From: an uncultured virus (IMG/VR IMGVR_UViG_3300031760_000037)
Lineage: Duplodnaviria > Heunggongvirae > Uroviricota > Caudoviricetes
Reading direction: 5' to 3' (one strand)
DNA: 20,000 nt
IMG/VR virus record: IMGVR_UViG_3300031760_000037
The notes beneath the pieces are model-generated. The model made no database searches and was not told where the DNA came from. It saw only the letters and a program-made list of their open reading frames with translations. The position numbers were made by a program, and so were the translations under genes. This document shows, piece after piece, positions 1 through 9,372 of this stretch. The stretch's first letter is position 1. Every line of letters begins with the position of its first letter.

Positions 1-70
1 CAACCAATAGCCAATTGTTATTTGCAAGTGGATCAAAGTATTGTTCACTAATCGGTAGTCTCATCTTCAT
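1..70 (-). CDS. hypothetical protein, 5' part only (runs off window)
   Basis: ATG at 70 or 64 overlapping the stop of the 48-425 gene; MKMRLPISEQYFDPLANNNWLLV, open to the window edge. Confidence 0.5.
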   Translation of the reverse strand, partial: MKMRLPISEQYFDPLANNNWLLV

Positions 71-425
71 CATCTAACTCATATAAAATTTCATCTATCC
101 AATCTTCCACGTCACTGAAGTCACGTGGATAAATTGTTCAGTCTACATCATCAATATGATACCAATCATAATCTCAATCAACTTCACTCAATCTATTCTT
201 GAGTGTAAGTATTCACCAGTCTTGAAGTGTTTGTTTTATAAACTCTTCTATTCAGTCTGATGTCTCATAATAGTATGTATATGAGTCTAACTCATAATCA
301 TTGTCTGAGTTATAATCACATATATCTGACATTGCATCAGATATAATACTGTCTAAATCACAGTATGAATTTTTCAAAGCTGACTTATAGTCACGTAGCT
401 TTTCTATTAATTCTTGTTTATTCAT
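48..425 (-). CDS. highly acidic hypothetical protein, 125 aa
   Basis: ATG425..TAG48 with TGA=Gly; MNKQELIEKLRDYK...WIDEILYELDDEDETTD; about 37 D/E versus 9 K/R by manual count. Confidence 0.85.
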
Positions 426-702
426 CGTCTTCTGTAATACAATTTAAAACTCAATCACAATATAATTGTAATATGTATCTATTAAATGTGCTAATAATAA
501 GATTAGCATTATGTGGATCTGCATGTGCAAGTGCATGTCCTAAAGCATTCAAGAATGAACCTCAATATTTAATCCGTGCTTCTTGTATATCATAACGGCT
601 AAATCTAAGTTCATCTCTTTCTCATTCTTCATTCTCATATGAGAACACAGCTTCTTCTAATAAGTTAGAATAAGATAAATAACTATATAATTTTTCAATC
701 AT
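418..702 (-). CDS. conserved phage hypothetical protein, 94 aa
   Basis: ATG702..TAA418; contains KYGGSFLNALGHALAHADPHNANLII, resembling a common small phage protein motif (YGGSF...AD..N). Confidence 0.85.
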
Positions 703-749
703 ATTATTTTATGTTATCAAAATAAACCATAATCTTTAAAGGTCCTTTA

Positions 750-1253
750 TTACCCCTTGTTTGTTCATTCTGTTTCTTCCTTATGTAAAATAAAAGATTT
801 ATCAACAGGTATCTTCTTCATTACAACCTCTGTATAAAAGTCATAGTTATATGCCTTCCAGGTATAATCTGGATATTTGTAATCTTTGCTATAATCTCAT
901 TTATCATGTCTTTGTCTATTATAAGTTTCAAAACAATCAGTTGTAAATACAAAGTTTCAATATCTAAATTCAGAACATTCATCCCGATTTATACTTCCAC
1001 AATCTTTTAATTCATCTGAAAAATAATATTGCATTAGTTCAATAAAACTTTTTTTTGCTTTATTATAATCAGAATAAACTTCTGTAAAATTATTTCAGTC
1101 ATTCTCATCATATACTTGAACAGCATATATATATTCTATTCATTTCTTTTGTATCAAGTTATCTACATGTTTAACTATTTTATTTAGTTCATCATGTATT
1201 AATGTATCAGCATCACTGATAGGTTTTAATTCTGTATTATTATATTGTAACAT
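750..1253 (-). CDS. hypothetical protein, 167 aa
   Basis: ATG1253..TAA750, open when TGA=Gly; abuts upstream gene. Confidence 0.8.
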
Positions 1254-1254
1254 T

Positions 1255-1728
1255 TTATTCTAATCAATAAAAAGATAAAAGGTCATCGGCGAAACTACTA
1301 CCGAAGTCTCGTGAGTAATGCTCTCCTCACCAATATAAATGAAGTTCTGCTGTTCAATCTATTTCCCGAAATACACCTGGTCAACCTATTGTAATTGTCA
1401 ATTTATATATTGCATCATCTCTATCTAAGATTTCAGATGAGTCATACGGATCAACCTTCATTCGTTTCTCAATAGATAACAACTCATAGTAATTATCTAT
1501 TGCTTCGTTGATTCAGTCTCGATCTGTATTATATTCATCAACAACTTTACTTCAGTCTTCATATTCATTGTCTTCTTCATATACAACAAATTTTTCTACC
1601 TCATCTTCTCATAAAATTTCTTTAGCAATCTCAATACGTTCAACACTTTCTGGTGTCTCAGTATAATAATCATGCCATAATAATCGTGACTTTTTTTCAC
1701 GTTCAAAATACTCTTGTGTACTACTCAT
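1255..1728 (-). CDS. acidic conserved phage hypothetical protein, 157 aa
   Basis: ATG1728..TAA1255; C-terminal LTITIGGPGVF(W)EIDGTAELHLYWGG resembles the GGP..W...YWG phage family. Confidence 0.85.
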
Positions 1729-2062
1729 CTTTTTCTTTATTAAGATTTAAAACTTTGTTCTTAAAATGTTTATAAACAATTTCTAATCATAAAATGTAAT
1801 CGCGAACTTCTTCGTCGCTATCAAACATTATATCATCTTCAAGTTCATTAATCAAAACAATAGCTCATAATGTATCATCGTAATAGCTTAAGTATAAAGC
1901 TCATTCACCTTCTCAAGCATACGATACAAGTTCTTCAATATAAAAATCCATATTACCTTCAGTAGCCTTTTCAATAATATCAACAATTTTTGTTTGACTA
2001 ATTCTTGTCGGATAATGAAAGTCTTGATCGGTGATTACATTAAATAATTTTTCTTCGTTCAT
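1721..2062 (-). CDS. acidic hypothetical protein, 113 aa
   Basis: ATG2062..TAG1721, overlaps next gene start. Confidence 0.8.
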
Positions 2063-2081
2063 GTGAATATATAATAAAAAT

Positions 2082-2112
2082 AAAAAAGGCGAAACTAAAA
2101 TTGCCTCGCCTT
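2082..2112 (-). terminator. hairpin plus U-tract (terminator or leader attenuator)
   Basis: minus strand AAGGCGA-N13-TCGCCTT followed by TTTTATTTTT. Confidence 0.6.
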
Positions 2113-2114
2113 AT

Positions 2115-2144
2115 GGAAGTTTAAAATAAATATTTAATCAGGGG
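2115..2144 (-). promoter_or_regulatory. CCCCTG-box promoter-like motif, copy 1
   Basis: CCCCTG-N15-TAAACTTCC upstream of the ATG at 2062. Confidence 0.6.
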
Positions 2145-2151
2145 ATTTCTG

Positions 2152-2235
2152 TTACATAACTTCTTCTCTGATTAGTATGAACACTATTAATAATAGCATT
2201 CAGATAATTAATCTTATGAGTCGTTTGTTGCTCAT
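2152..2235 (-). CDS. small single-TM membrane peptide, 27 aa
   Basis: MSNK(W)LIRLIIGMLLLIVFILIREEVM; starts 3 nt after the previous stop. Confidence 0.55.
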
Positions 2236-2238
2236 CAA

Positions 2239-2784
2239 TTAATTTACAGTTGAATAAAATGCATTAGCAATACAGTTATAGTTTTTTAATAACCATACAT
2301 TAAATTTTCATTCTTGTTTAGAATGATTCAACTTCATAAATTTATCATACTGTTTATCTTCTTTAAGTCAATCAATAAACTGTTCATACAATGTATCTTC
2401 TATCTCTCGGTAGTTACCTTTATGTCAATTCCAGTGTAGAACTGGATCACTCCAGTCTCAATTATATTCCATGTATATTCCTGGAACTCATCTCCAGTTT
2501 GAGAATAGTTGAAGGACAAGTGTTGATAACCCTCAACTACTTAAGTCCATATCATAACAATAGTTACCATTAATCCATACCTCTATAACTTTGTTATGTC
2601 TATAAAGCATAATATTATAAATTCCAAATGAAGTAGTAACTTCTAAATCTATCTTCATTTCTCAAGATTGAAATTCGTCTGATTCAATCTTATCTAATAA
2701 CCATTGTGATACTTCAGGTACTGTATTAACATAATCTGTAGATATATCTACACGTCTTAAAAGTTCATAAGTAAATAGGTCCAT
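2239..2784 (-). CDS. conserved phage hypothetical protein, 181 aa
   Basis: ATG2784..TAA2239; WRGVPGIYMEYNGDWSDPVLHWNGHKGNY(W)EIED resembles a W.GVPGI...G.W.DP phage family. Confidence 0.85.
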
Positions 2785-2810
2785 GTTTAATAATTGTTTA
2801 AAATATAAAA

Positions 2811-3068
2811 TTAATATGAAGCTTCTTTTAATTCAAGCCTAAATTTCTCTAGTCTTTTTACAATCCTTAGATACATTCCTTCAAATAATTCTCGTCTAAG
2901 TTTTAATTGATCATCATATGAAAGCGTACCGCATTGTTCTTTAGCATACTCAAATCTTTCATCAAGTACTTTGAGTAACCCGCGGATACAATCGTCCGCA
3001 AGTTCTCATCAGTCTCAGTTATTTCATATAGCTATTTTTAAGAATTCTATTTCTTGTTCTTTAGTCAT
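2811..3068 (-). CDS. hypothetical protein, 85 aa
   Basis: ATG3068..TAA2811 with TGA=Gly. Confidence 0.8.
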
Positions 3069-3093
3069 GTCTATCAAAATAATTATATAAAAG

Positions 3094-3384
3094 TTATCAT
3101 TCATATGTAGGATAATCATCTACATATTTATCAAGTATTTCTGTAATATCAAAATATATTTCATCATCAAATTCTTCATATCATTCTCATCACCATTCCA
3201 TTTTAGATTTTGTATGATTCATATATTGTTTACAGCATCTCCATAAAGTTCATCAGTGGTCAAGCCACGATTTAACTTCTGTCGTTTCAATATAATCTTG
3301 TGCTTCGTATATAACAATTCTATATACTACAGATGATGCTGAATCTTGATGAGTTCAGCAATAAAATATTAAATCTTTTTGCAT
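3094..3384 (-). CDS. acidic hypothetical protein, 96 aa
   Basis: ATG3384..TAA3094 with TGA=Gly. Confidence 0.8.
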
Positions 3385-3385
3385 G

Positions 3386-3727
3386 TTATCAATTAAAGTT
3401 ATGAACTAAATCTTTTGCTTCTTCACTCTTGACATCATCAGCACTGATATCAAGTCAAGAACAAAAAGCATTTACATAAATACTATCTATTAATTTTTCT
3501 TTGTCGTCTTCATCATCCACATTATGATTTATTATATATCTAAATATCTCTCGGATGATTGAGTTAGTATAATCAGATGTTCTTATTTGTTTATCTTGAA
3601 GACTCTCAAAGAAATATGTTAGATCTAATTCAGAACAATCTACGTCTCGTTCTTCAATTAAATCATCTATATATTTTTGATCAAGTACAGGTATGATCAA
3701 GTCTCAATAAGTTATTATTCATTTCAT
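3386..3727 (-). CDS. acidic hypothetical protein, 113 aa
   Basis: extends track ORF 3455-3700 through TGA at both ends; ATG3727 overlaps the upstream TAA. Confidence 0.85.
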
Positions 3728-4047
3728 TATTTTCTGTATTTTAATTCAGTTAAAATCACCTCATCACTTTTTGGTGTTAATTGCAAATCTTTTTCTTCAA
3801 TATATTTTAATGTTGCAAATAAAAGTATTTCCATAAAAGATTTTGAATTTGCCGATTCTTTACACGCATCACGGAATGCTAACAACATTGTTATTCATTC
3901 GCGTGGGTTGTTTAAAATATTTGGTATTATTTTTTCTTCAAATATTTTTTGAACTTTTTCACTGTCAAATTCTTCTGTATCTCACAAGAACATGTTATAC
4001 ACTCCTGCAAGTTCTTCTGCTGTTTTTAACATTTTTTTACTAGTCAT
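3727..4047 (-). CDS. hypothetical protein, 106 aa
   Basis: ATG4047..TAA3727, TAATG coupling to the next gene. Confidence 0.8.
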
Positions 4048-4067
4048 GTTTATAATATAATTAAGAA

Positions 4068-4325
4068 TTAAATATGAGATTTAGGTTCTCGTTCCCGTTC
4101 TGGATCATCAGTTGATTTCTTTTGAAGTCAATCATAATCCAGATGCTGAGAATAAAAGTCAATAGTATACCATTCTGTTCATGCTGAATCACAATCATCA
4201 CATGTCCAATCATAGTATAAGTTATCTCATTCAACAGCTGACGCTGAATAAGTTAAGTTTTCACCTCAACATACAGGACATTCTCCTTGTAGGTCAAAGC
4301 TGTTTCTGTCTAATCTAATGCTCAT
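4068..4325 (-). CDS. zinc-ribbon protein, 85 aa
   Basis: GECPVCGGENLTY...YYDWTCDDCDSAGTEWY, two CxxC pairs; CPVC-TGA supports Gly. Confidence 0.85.
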
Positions 4326-4326
4326 C

Positions 4327-4557
4327 TTAAAGTGGTATAGAATTAAAAACTTTTTTTATTTCTTGTAATTTGTTTTCAAATGTGATATCATTCCGTCTAC
4401 TCTTTACAAGTCCTTCAACGATATCATCAAAAGTAATCTCTCCGTTTATAAACATATTCTTTACAAACTCTTCCATTTGTTCTGCTGTATATCCTTCATC
4501 ATACAGCTTTCTAAGTTCGTGTCTTATAAACACTTTCTTTTTTTCTTCTTGTTTCAT
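4327..4557 (-). CDS. hypothetical protein, 76 aa
   Basis: track ORF, ATG..TAA, fits the operon tiling. Confidence 0.8.
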   Translation of the reverse strand: MKQEEKKKVFIRHELRKLYDEGYTAEQMEEFVKNMFINGEITFDDIVEGLVKSRRNDITFENKLQEIKKVFNSIPL

Positions 4558-4575
4558 TTTGTATAATTTATAAAT

Positions 4576-4803
4576 CTAAAAGTTTTCATTAATAAATTTA
4601 GTTACTCGTTGCTTAGCATCTTCTAAAGATTCAAAGTCTTTTGGTGCTTCGCAATCTCCTTCTGGAAAATACAAGTTTGGATTATACACATACACTCTAT
4701 ACTCTCGTGTCTCTGGTTCATAATCCATAAGCATTGGTTCTATTGTAAACTTCCAATGTCTATACCATGCTGTATAATTTCATCATTCTTCTGTTCGTTC
4801 CAT
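4576..4803 (-). CDS. hypothetical protein, 75 aa
   Basis: ME(W)TEEGGNYTAWYRHWKFTIEP...FESLEDAKQ(W)VTKF; ATG4803..TAG4576. Confidence 0.85.
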
Positions 4804-4805
4804 GT

Positions 4806-5639
4806 TTATCATCTTAAAGATTTAAAAGTAATTTTATTCTTATCAAAATAAGAATGCACTCGTCAATAAACCTCATTAGGTGTATATCACCACGGTCCTT
4901 TTCTAGCACCGTCAACACCTAATCAAATTTCTTTTAAGTTAAGATTGAATGTCCAGTCTGAAGTCAATTCTGTTTCAACTCATCACGCTCATTCATATGG
5001 ACTAAATAAATATATAGCACTTCATTCTTTAACAGTCAATCTTCTAGCTTTCATAATCTCAATCATGTCGTGAAGGTTTCAATTATAATGTATGCATATT
5101 CATAATTGTCACCACGCTCAATCATATATCTCTCTCATATGAGTTGAACGTTCAGTCCGTCATTGAGATTTCTTAAGTGATCTAAAATATTTTAAAGGAT
5201 ATCTATGCCTATCATATATATCATCAGGTATCCACATTGTCTTTTCAGGATCAGTCAATAAATAAAAGTTATAAGTTATCCTATTAAAATGTTCTATGTT
5301 TGCATCAAACTTGTCGCAATCATACATTGCTTCTCGTAATGCTGAATGCAAATCTTCTTCGTCTTCAAGTTCAGGATGTTCATCTACGAATGGTTCAAAG
5401 AATGTTCTATAGAATTGGTCTTGCTCATACTGGTCATACCAATCTTTACAACATATGAAATCATATACGTATGATTCTGGATCAAGATAAGTTCATTCGT
5501 TGATTTGTTCTTCAACATAATCCAGTAACTTTCTTACTGTATCATCTTGAAAATAATCATCATAGTCTCGGTATAGAATAAGCTTATCCTGCTTCTCCAT
5601 TCGTTCTTTACAGATAGATTTTAATTCTTCTCGTTTCAT
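4806..5639 (-). CDS. conserved phage hypothetical protein, 277 aa
   Basis: ATG5639..TAA4806, includes track ORF 5160-5351; C-terminal LFSPYEGAGG...GYTPNEVYG. Confidence 0.85.
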
Positions 5640-5950
5640 TTTATTGCATTGTTATAATCTAAAACTAGGCGCTCAACGCCATGTGGTATTCATAGCATAC
5701 GGATTCACCACTCTTCCCGTATGTTTACGTCGGAAGTTTCTGTATCTCATTTAGTAAAATAAAGATATCCGTCAAACGTATCCCGACTAACGTCGTCTGG
5801 ATATTCAACTACCAATACTGATAAGTATGGATAGTCTTCTTCATCAAAGTAACGCTTGATGTAGCGTACCATTGGTCTGAAGTATTCTTCAGTCCAATCA
5901 AGCACTGTCTCAACCGTGTGCTTGTTCATTAAAATCTGTAGTGTCTTCAT
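5621..5950 (-). CDS. hypothetical protein, 109 aa
   Basis: track ORF 5747-5950 extended through TGA to TAA5621. Confidence 0.8.
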
Positions 5951-5992
5951 GTATAATACATTAAAATAAATAAAATGAATAATACACTTATT

Positions 5993-6023
5993 GGAAACTT
6001 AGTATGAAATAAATAACCAGGGG
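5993..6023 (-). promoter_or_regulatory. CCCCTG-box promoter-like motif, copy 2
   Basis: CCCCTG-N16-TAAGTTTCC upstream of the ATG at 5950. Confidence 0.65.
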
Positions 6024-6024
6024 G

Positions 6025-6099
6025 ACTAGGTATGAACGCCTGGTCTGTTCGGTCTTGTACTAGGTATGAACGCCTGGTCTGTTTAGTCTTGTACCAGGT
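6025..6099. repeat. 34-bp tandem repeat, about 2.2 copies
   Basis: ACTAGGTATGAACGCCTGGTCTGTTCGGTCTTGT (6025-6058), ACTAGGTATGAACGCCTGGTCTGTTTAGTCTTGT (6059-6092), ACCAGGT. Confidence 0.9.
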
Positions 6100-6113
6100 C
6101 GTATGTTTAGAAT

Positions 6114-6146
6114 AAAAAAAAGAGTATCACGTTTGTGATACTCTTT
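6114..6146 (-). terminator. intrinsic terminator
   Basis: perfect 12-bp stem AAAGAGTATCAC/GTGATACTCTTT with a 4-nt loop and T-run, just after the 6154 stop. Confidence 0.85.
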
Positions 6147-6153
6147 CAAAGGT

Positions 6154-7092
6154 TTATCTGTTTCTAATGTTAAACGTTGATGGGTTTATCTCATATCCAT
6201 AAATGTCTGAAAGACATACAACCATATTTGGTTCTCGTGCACCAGATGTCTCAGGTGAACTAGTTGCATAACGCATACCATTATCATTAGCTTCTTCACA
6301 GTGATGCCAATTAGATAAGCAACCTAACGTTTGTTTCTTTCATAAGTTCTTATTAACTAATGTTCTACCTATTGCATCTAAACTTGCTCATAGATTTGAA
6401 TATGATTGTCACCTTGGATTACTATCTGTGTTTCAAACATTTCAGATGTTCTTAACTCAAGCTCAGTTCTTTCCTCACGAAGTCTCAGCTATTGTTATGC
6501 ATCATATTACTCATTCAGTAATACCATAATGTTCTTCAACTTCTCGTATTACTTTAGGATCAAGTCAATAGTCTGACATTAATTCTTTAAATCTTTCGTG
6601 AGATGTAGTTCAAGTTAACTCTGGCATCTCTTGGTTTGAACCGTCTTCAGTTAGCTTTCCTGGATACCATTCAGTTTCAGGGAATGGTCAATCGTATTCG
6701 CATCAAGCTCAAGCAACTAAACCTATGAATCATTCTTTAGTTTGAATTCATAATTTTATATTCTCAAGTTCTTGTTCAATCAATGCATCGCATTGTGTCT
6801 TAGGTTCTTCTGTTTCTTTTCATAAAATATTATTGATGAAAATCTCAGTCGCTTCTTCATTTAATCTTATAGCTTCTGAGTTTAAATAAAAGTATTCCAT
6901 TTCACGTTCATAAATTTCTCAAGATAATACTTCTTGTCTTTCAGTAATATAGGCAAGCCTTGTAGATATCTCATCAAGCTTTTGTAAATCAAGTTGTCTA
7001 GTAATAGGTTTGTTAGTTAGTAATCATCAGATGATGTATCAAGCGATAGCTAATACGATAAGTGATAGAATAATTTTAATAGTTTGTTTCAT
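6154..7092 (-). CDS. membrane-anchored lysozyme-like (glucosaminidase/GH73-like) peptidoglycan hydrolase, 312 aa
   Basis: N-terminal TM (IKIILSLIVLAIAGYIIGGLL), coiled-coil linker, then HYGITEGVIGCITIAETSGGKNG..KNIGNVGN...RYATSS....A(W)EPN. Confidence 0.7.
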
Positions 7093-7138
7093 AGTTTATA
7101 AGTATAAATAATAAAAGATAGGGGAAGGGGGAAGACAA

Positions 7139-7468
7139 CTAATTGTTGTCTTCTTCATCCTCAAGCATAAAACAATCATTCCATTTTTCAAGGATAGATT
7201 GCATATCTGATTTGTTTCAGAACAAATCATCAAAGCTGATATTGAATGCTTCATATTCAGCTCTGTCTTTCTCATAGATTGCTTCACAGTTTACACGGAA
7301 GTCTTCTCTCATTAGTTCATTTGGTCTGTGATTATTTAAATAAGTCATCACTTGCCAATAGAACTTTCACTTTAATCACTCTCTGTAATTTATACGATAG
7401 CATTCTCTATCGTATTCATAGTCCTCCATATTAGGAACTATAACGTCTTCGTCGTAGATGGTTGGCAT
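7139..7468 (-). CDS. acidic hypothetical protein, 109 aa
   Basis: ATG7468..TAG7139 with TGA=Gly. Confidence 0.8.
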
Positions 7469-7478
7469 TTTGCTGTAA

Positions 7479-7685
7479 TTAATCACAAATAAAAAAGTCA
7501 CTTGTATCAAACAAGTCATAAAGTTCTGGATGTCTGTTAAGATTAGATAATATGTATTCTTCTAATCTAACAATCTTGCAATCCAATTCTCACAAGTCAT
7601 CAAGTGCTTGTCACTTCCTTTCTTTTAGAAGTTCTGCGTGTGCCTGGAAACTAAGTTCTAGGTCTTTGAAAAAGTTCTCTGACAT
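7479..7685 (-). CDS. hypothetical protein, 68 aa
   Basis: ATG7685..TAA7479 with TGA=Gly. Confidence 0.75.
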
Positions 7686-7717
7686 TTTAATTGTTGGTAA
7701 ATAAATATAAAATAACC

Positions 7718-7739
7718 GAAGCTACTATTCGGTAGCTTC
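7718..7739 (-). terminator. stem-loop over a stop codon (terminator or processing site)
   Basis: 8-bp stem GAAGCTAC/GTAGCTTC spanning TAG7725, weak U-tract. Confidence 0.45.
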
Positions 7740-8069
7740 AGTATTAGTCTTAATATAAAAACAATCCCGTCAATCTATGTCTCAAGTGATAACACACTCT
7801 GGTATATTATCTTTAATCCATAGCTTGGCTTCTCTTGTGCTATCAAAACACATTATAAAATCATTGTCAATGATGATAGCTTCGTGGCCTGGAAGTCTTC
7901 CAAAGATTTCACTATCTGGTATCTCTGGATGATTCTCAGATAAATCACAGAACGGTCAATATTCTGCTGGATCAGTATCTACCAATCAGAAGTAGGTTCT
8001 GTTGTTGTTTACGTAATTTGATTTGAACAGTTCTAAAATGTACTCTTTATTAAAAGCTTCTAGTTTCAT
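7725..8069 (-). CDS. hypothetical protein, 114 aa
   Basis: ATG8069..TAG7725 with TGA=Gly. Confidence 0.8.
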
Positions 8070-8097
8070 TTGTAGTGTTTTAAGATGATAATAAAAA

Positions 8098-8139
8098 GTC
8101 CGCTTATCGTTACGGGATAACCGATTATTTTCTACGGAC
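8098..8139 (-). ncRNA. putative structured 5'-leader RNA motif, copy A
   Basis: GUCCG-UAGAAAAAUAAUCGG-UUAUC-CCGUAAC-GAUAA-G-CGGAC then UUUUUAUUAU; homologous to 11558-11603. Confidence 0.6.
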
Positions 8140-8146
8140 ATTAAAC

Positions 8147-8177
8147 GGATGATTAAAAATTAAAAGCTATCCAGGGG
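8147..8177 (-). promoter_or_regulatory. CCCCTG-box promoter-like motif, copy 3
   Basis: CCCCTG-N16-TAATCATCC, directly downstream of a terminator. Confidence 0.65.
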
Positions 8178-8188
8178 ATAAGGTTCAT

Positions 8189-8221
8189 TAAAAAAAAGAG
8201 AATGATTATTACCATTCTCTT
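8189..8221 (-). terminator. intrinsic terminator
   Basis: 9-bp stem AAGAGAATG/CATTCTCTT plus a long T-run, overlapping TAA8209. Confidence 0.8.
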
Positions 8222-8436
8222 ATATAAGTATTGATAAGATAATCATATTCACATTGAGTGAATGGATTATCCTGTGCTCTGCATTTTATAATTGTAGAAT
8301 AGATTTCTCCAAATCATTCCTTTCTTTGATACACAACGTCATAATAATATATATCATTGTGTTCATAAAATCTAATCTTTATGTATCAACTATTACAGTT
8401 TCACATAAAAGATTTAATAAGTCTAGTGTTTTTCAA
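8209..8436 (-). CDS. hypothetical protein, about 65-75 aa
   Basis: TTG8436 or ATG8406 to TAA8209, open with TGA=Gly; lies between a promoter motif and a terminator. Confidence 0.65.
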
Positions 8437-8469
8437 AATAATATTATTAGATAATAAAAGTGTGAATAG

Positions 8470-9372
8470 CTAGAAACGCCATTCTCATTCTTCGGAAGAT
8501 GAAGAATTATTATCTATTCAGGGGGTAGCATTAAAGCTAGTCATTCAGTCTTCTCAATATAAAGGACATTGTTCTCTTAATGGACACCGTTTACAAGCAA
8601 GACATTTCTTTGGGTTGAACTCGTCGTTATCATATGCCTTTATATATTCAGTTAGTAAATGATAGATCAGTCTTTCACTGTCTTCATATTTATAATTCAA
8701 TTCTATTATCTGTAGCTGTGGTGTTTTTTGTTTGGTCCAAACGAAATAAGTAAAGTCAAAATCATCTCTCTTTTTCAGCTGTGGAAGGTTAGAAGTTATG
8801 CGTCGCATCCGTGGATAAAGTCTTCGTTGAAGTTTAAAATCAGGTTCATTCTTTCACCACTTTGACTTCGCTGTTTTACAGTCTCAGATAGTATAATCAC
8901 TGAACACTCGGTCTGCTGTTCAAGTTAAATATATCTCGTGATATGGTGGAAGGCTAACGTTGTTAGCACTTTGATCCGCGTCCATAAGTATACGCAAGGT
9001 CATACGTTTCTGTGTATATAATGGGTAATGAGTTTTATATTTAGAATCAGCTGGTAAGTCTTTCCATAGCTTTGCGAACTGGAAAAACATTTGGTATTCA
9101 GGATGTTCAGTTGAGTTTCATAATACACGTAGCACTTCATCTCATAATTTATCTCAGTATTGATAAGCTGTCATAAGTTGTTCAGCTATATCTCAGGTAT
9201 AAAAAGCATTACGTCAATTCTCTGATGGTTTAGATTTATCAAACTTATAACGGTAAGGACAAGTCATAAATCATTCCAATCCTGTTGGATGTAGCTCGTG
9301 TGTTGTTGGCGTTGCGGTTGTATTTATATTATGTGTACGCCAATCTATTGTAGGTATTATAATGTTATCCAT
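8470..9372 (-). CDS. Cas4-like / RecB-type PD-(D/E)xK exonuclease, 300 aa
   Basis: LHPTGLEGFMTCPYRY; LTGTAD(W)VFSDYTIGDCKT; LQ(W)RLY; C-terminal CLACK(W)CPLREQC, giving the split-Cys Fe-S pattern. Confidence 0.85.
8494..8524 (-). promoter_or_regulatory. CCCCTG-box promoter-like motif, copy 4 (inside the nuclease gene 3' end)
   Basis: CCCCTG-N16-TCATCTTCC upstream of the 8436 gene. Confidence 0.5.

Noticed and set aside
6025..6099. CRISPR array
   Set aside because: Units are head-to-tail and nearly identical throughout, with no unique spacers and no cas operon; the Cas4-like gene is a solo phage nuclease
7119..7134. G-rich tract GGGGAAGGGGG (and TAGGGG at 10557) as further CCCCTG promoter copies
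   Set aside because: They read CCCCTA and lack the downstream YAANYWWCC box at the fixed spacing
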